Below, piece by piece: positions 50,730 through 54,751 of a stretch of 54,751 nt of DNA. The translations under genes and the position numbers were made by a program. The notes beneath the pieces are model-generated. The model did no database searches and was not told where the DNA came from. It was given only the letters and a program-made list of their open reading frames with translations. Location: the IMG/VR virus record IMGVR_UViG_2579779067_000001; one strand, given 5' to 3'. The first letter of the stretch is position 1, and each line of letters begins with the position of its first letter. This DNA comes from a virus (Duplodnaviria > Heunggongvirae > Uroviricota > Caudoviricetes).

Positions 50730-53063
50730 ATGAAAATGAACGTAACCGCCACCGTCAGCCATGCGCTCGGCCACTGGCCGCGTATTCTCCCGGCGCTGGG
50801 GATTCAGGTGCTGAAAAACCGTCATCAGCCCTGTCCGGTCTGTGGCGGGAGTGACCGCTTCCGTTTTGATGACAGGGAGGGGCGCGGCACCTGGTACTGC
50901 AATCAGTGTGGTGCCGGTGACGGCCTGAAACTGGTTGAAAAGGTGTTTGGTGTTTCCCCGTCCGACGCGGCCACAAAGGTGGCTGCCGTGACCGGCAGTC
51001 TGCCCCCGGCTGACCCGGCAGTGACGGCTGCCGCCGTTGCTGAAACAGACGCTGCCCGGAAGAACGCTGCCGCACTGGCACAAACCCTGATGGCAAAAAC
51101 CCGTCCCGGAACCGGTAACGCCTACCTGACCCGCAAGGGCTTTCCCGACCGGGAATGCCGGATGCTGACCGGCACACACAGAGCCGGTGGCGTGAGCTGG
51201 CGCGCCGGTGACCTTGTGGTGCCACTGTATGACGACAGCGGCGAACTGGTTAACCTTCAGTTAATCAGTGCTGACGGCCGTAAGCGCACCCTGAAAGGCG
51301 GACAGGTCAGGGGCACCTGTCACACCCTTTAAGGACAGAATCAGGCCGGAAAACGTCTGTGGATAGCGGAGGGATACGCGACCGCACTTACCGTGCATCA
51401 CCTGACCGGTGAAACGGTGATGGTGGCGCTTTCTTCCGTGAACCTCCTTTCTCTGGCCAGCCTTGCCCGGCAGAAGCATCCGGCCTGTCAGATTGTCCTT
51501 GCCGCTGACCGTGACCTCAGTGGTGACGGCCAGACAAAAGCCGCCGCAGCCGCAGATGCGTGTGAAGGTGTTGTTGCCCTGCCGCCGGTCTTCGGTGACT
51601 GGAATGATGCCTTCACGCAGTACGGCGGGGAAGCCACCCGTAAGGCCATTTACGATGCCATCTGGCCACCGGCTGAAAGCCCGTTCGACACCATGAGCGA
51701 AGCGGAGTTTTCCGCCATGAGTACCAGCGAAAAGGCCATGCGTATCTATGAGCATTACGGCGAGGCGCTCGCGGTCGATGCCAACGGCCAGCTTCTGTCC
51801 CGCTATGAAAATGGTGTCTGGAAGGTGCTGCCGCCACAGGACTTTGCCCGGGATGTGGCCGGGCTGTTTCAGCGGCTGCGTGCGCCGTTCTCCTCCGGGA
51901 AGGTGGCCTCCGTGGTGGACACCCTGAAGCTGATTATTCCGCAGCAGGAAGCCCCCTCCCGCCGCCTGATTGGCTTTCGTAACGGCGTGCTCGACACGCA
52001 GAACGGCACGTTCCACCCGCACAGTCCGTCACACTGGATGCGCACCCTGTGCGATGTGGATTTCACCCCGCCGGTGGACGGTGAAACGCTGGAGACCCAC
52101 GCCCCCGCGTTCTGGCGCTGGCTTGACCGTGCCGCCGGTGGCCGTGCGGAAAAACGCGACGTGATTCTGGCCGCACTGTTTATGGTGCTGGCAAACCGCT
52201 ACGACTGGCAGCTCTTTCTGGAGGTGACCGGTCCCGGCGGCAGCGGCAAAAGTATCATGGCCGAAATCGCCACCCTGCTGGCCGGGGAGGATAACGCCAC
52301 GTCGGCCACCATCGAGACGCTGGAATCCCCGCGTGAACGTGCCGCGTTAACTGGCTTCTCACTGATACGCCTGCCGGACCAGGAAAAATGGAGCGGCGAC
52401 GGTGCCGGACTCAAGGCCATCACCGGCGGTGATGCGGTGTCCGTTGACCCGAAATACCGGGATGCGTACTCCACGCATATCCCGGCGGTGATTCTGGCCG
52501 TGAACAATAACCCGATGCGCTTCACCGACCGCAGCGGCGGCGTGTCACGCCGGCGGGTGATTATTCACTTCCCGGAACAGATAGCCCCGCAGGAGCGCGA
52601 CCCGCAGCTTAAGGACAAAATCACCCGCGAGCTGGCGGTCATCGTGCGTCACCTGATGCAGAAGTTCAGCGACCCGATGCTCGCCCGGTCACTGCTTCAG
52701 TCCCAGCAGAACTCAGACGAGGCGCTGAACATCAAACGGGATGCCGACCCGACGTTTGATTTTATCGGCTATCTGGAAACCCTGCCGCAGACCAGCGGCA
52801 TGTATATGGGGAACGCCAGTATCATCCCGCGTAATTACCGTAAATACCTCTATCACGCCTATCTGGCCTACATGGAGGCAAACGGCTACCGGAATGTACT
52901 CAGTCTGAAAATGTTCGGGCTGGGGCTGCCGGTGATGCTGAAGGAATACGGACTGAATTACGAGAAGCGCCATACCAAACAGGGGATACAGACCAACCTG
53001 ACGCTGAAAGAGGAAAGCTACGGCGACTGGCTGCCAAAATGTGACGACCCTGCAACAGCCTGA
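50730..53063 (+). pseudogene. alpha: P4 alpha primase-helicase with in-frame TAA at 51330-51332
   Basis: track ORFs 50730..51332 and 51393..53063 share one frame; total 777 codons, the size of P4 alpha; N-terminal zinc finger CPVCGGSDRFRFDD...CNQCG. Confidence 0.75.
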
Positions 53064-53070
53064 CCCACCT

Positions 53071-53096
53071 GACCGGCATCTGCCGGTCTTTTTTTA
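53071..53096 (+). terminator. rho-independent terminator after alpha
   Basis: GACCGGCA-TC-TGCCGGTC hairpin followed by T7. Confidence 0.7.
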
Positions 53097-53112
53097 TCCC
53101 TGAATTCCCCGA

Positions 53113-53412
53113 AGGTGAACAATCCACTGTTCACCCTTCACCGTGTATTCACCCGTTATCATACTGAAATTAGAAGAGAAAAACGAAAGGTGAACAGTGT
53201 GAACAATCAAATCAAAAAAAACTTTTTTCTTCCTGAGTGATTTCAGCACGGGAAATTAATCCCCTGCACGAGTCACACCGGCAGAATGCCGGAGGTGAAG
53301 AATCGAATGTTCACCCTTCACCCATTATTCACCACCTATCATACTGAAATAAAAGGAGAAAACAGAAAGGTGAACAGTGTGAACAGTTCTTCCGAAAAAA
53401 AACTTTTTTCTT
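53113..53412. repeat. P4 crr-like region: two about 120-bp direct repeats with TGTTCACC/GGTGAACA iterons
   Basis: 53113-53232 and 53293-53412 nearly identical, separated by about 60 bp. Confidence 0.75.
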
Positions 53413-53529
53413 ATTTTTAATTGTGTAAAAAACAAGCGATGCGCGCAGTGTGTATAGATATGTGTATAGTTATATTTTTTGAATATGATAATCTATTATA
53501 AATCAATGCTTTAACTTGTAATATTCATT

Positions 53530-53562
53530 CCTATTATCGCACCATTTAAATCAATAAGTTAC
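53530..53562 (+). repeat. degenerate copy of the thrW 3' end plus prophage-1 attL arm
   Basis: CCTATTATCG-CACCATTTAAATCAATAAGTTAC matches 1429-1462 with a 1-nt deletion. Confidence 0.75.
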
Positions 53563-53700
53563 CTCACATTTCAGTAAACTACGTTCTCCTCTTGTGCCTT
53601 TGATTTTGCTCGCGTGCGCGGTGAAATGCCTGACTGAAAGGTGAGCATATCGACGAACCATTTCGAGAGTTTCCCATCCGCTCATTTTTAAGTGCAAGCA
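53563..53700 (-). pseudogene. integrase 3' remnant
   Basis: minus-strand reading ...[14 protein letters not shown]...* parallels prophage-1 integrase ...[14 protein letters not shown]...; 28-bp identity to 1568-1595. Confidence 0.6.
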
Positions 53701-54136
53701 GGGAAACACCGGACTAAACCAATCAGCTGTTCGAAAATGGCAAGCGGATTAATATGCCATGGCGGCTTTGAGCCGCACGTATGGGGTGTGGCAAGCCTGA
53801 TGGATGTTGCTGTGCTTGTGGTGGCGTCTTTGCTGGTCTGGTTGTTGGTTAATCGCGAAAATCATTATGCCAGAGGAATACCACAGGACGTTCAGGTTTT
53901 GCATAAAAAAGCCCACCATTAAGGTGGGCAAAAGGAATGATTTATATTCTCTGAGAGAAACATTACATTTCTCCTTGTCACTTCTAACATAAAAATATGG
54001 AGAAATAATGGAGCTTATATTAATTGGCGATTAGGTAACCATGTGGTTATACAAAACAATACAGTTCTTTACATTTGCCTTGTTTTATGAATACTCCTGA
54101 AGAGGTGTACAACATAATTAAACAAACAGGGTAAAT

Positions 54137-54751
54137 ATGAATATATTTGAACAAACTCCACCGAACCGCAGACGTTATGGTCTTGCTGCATTCATTGGGC
54201 TGATTGCTGGCGTTGTTTCCGCATTTGTGAAGTGGGGGGCTGAAGTTCCATTGCCGCCACGTAGCCCGGTGGATATGTTTAATGCAGCGTGTGGTCCGGA
54301 ATCATTAATCAGGGCTGCTGGGCAAATTGATTGCTCCCGTAATTTTCTCAATCCTCCGTATATTTTTCTTCGAGACTGGCTGGGGCTGACAGATCCCAAT
54401 GCGGCTGTTTATACCTTTGCCGGGCATGTCTTTAACTGGGTTGGTGTTACGCACATTATCTTTTCGATAGTGTTTGCTGTCGGTTATTGTGTGGTCGCTG
54501 AAGTATTTCCAAAAATTAAACTCTGGCAGGGCTTACTGGCAGGTGCTTTAGCCCAACTTTTTGTTCATATGATTTCATTCCCTCTCATGGGACTGACGCC
54601 ACCTCTGTTTGATCTCCCTTGGTATGAGAATGTTTCTGAAATTTTTGGACATTTAGTCTGGTTCTGGTCCATTGAAATTATTCGCAGAGATTTACGAAAC
54701 AGAATTACTCATGAGCCAGACCCTGAGATCCCTTTAGGCTCAAACAGATAA
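54137..54751 (+). CDS. yagU: inner membrane protein YagU (DUF1440)
   Basis: 204-aa ORF recognisable as E. coli YagU; chromosomal flank. Confidence 0.8.

Larger units (their letters stand above)
42648..53529. mobile_element. P4-like satellite prophage
   Basis: P4-type int, cos, psu-delta-sid, TGTTCACC ori iterons, vis-like, alpha primase, two 120-bp crr repeats; bounded by tRNA 3' end copies. Confidence 0.8.

Noticed and set aside
53113-53412. Possible CRISPR array or IS terminal repeats
   Set aside because: Only two long (about 120-bp) repeats containing TGTTCACC iterons next to alpha; this matches P4 crr.
53692-53931. Overlapping ORFs 53692..53922 (+) and 53749..53931 (-)
   Set aside because: They lie in the remnant/promoter region upstream of yagU and have no protein-like features.

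Overview
This window is the E. coli-type proA-thrW locus carrying a tandem array of integrated elements. Coordinates for features not in the ORF track were hand-counted and may be off by a few bases; all family assignments are by-eye recognition from memory, with no searches run.

Layout:
- 1-1444: chromosomal proA and tRNA-Thr (thrW).
- about 1445-42647: a roughly 41-kb mosaic prophage, flanked by a 46-bp direct repeat of the tRNA 3' end. It has a lambdoid early and lysis region (int/xis, cI, cro-like, cII-like, O-like, Dam-like methylase, RusA, Q, holin, endolysin, Rz/Rz1), HK97-like packaging and head genes, and a Mu-like contractile tail. This is the SfV-like architecture. An AT-rich cargo block with an O-antigen-type acyltransferase sits at the right end.
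- about 42648-53529: a P4-like satellite prophage (int, variable-region gene, cos, psu-delta-sid, ori iterons, vis-like, alpha primase, crr repeats).
- about 53530-53700: a vestigial copy of the att junction plus an integrase 3' remnant.
- 54137-54751: chromosomal yagU.

Best candidates for an undescribed system:
1. 13549-15751: an AT-rich two-gene operon inserted antisense between Q and the late terminator, encoding a YejK/NdpA-family nucleoid-associated-protein homolog translationally coupled to a protein with C-terminal transmembrane helices.
2. 44050-45645: a single AT-rich 531-aa gene in the P4-like variable hotspot between int and cos/psu.

Other notable points: several genes carry apparent single-base lesions (cro-like amber, alpha primase ochre, an amber at codon 10 of a small late-region ORF, and an ATA where a start codon is expected), all compatible with plus-strand C-to-T changes. 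There is a canonical -1 frameshift site in the tail chaperone, and homopolymeric G/C tracts in or near cargo genes.
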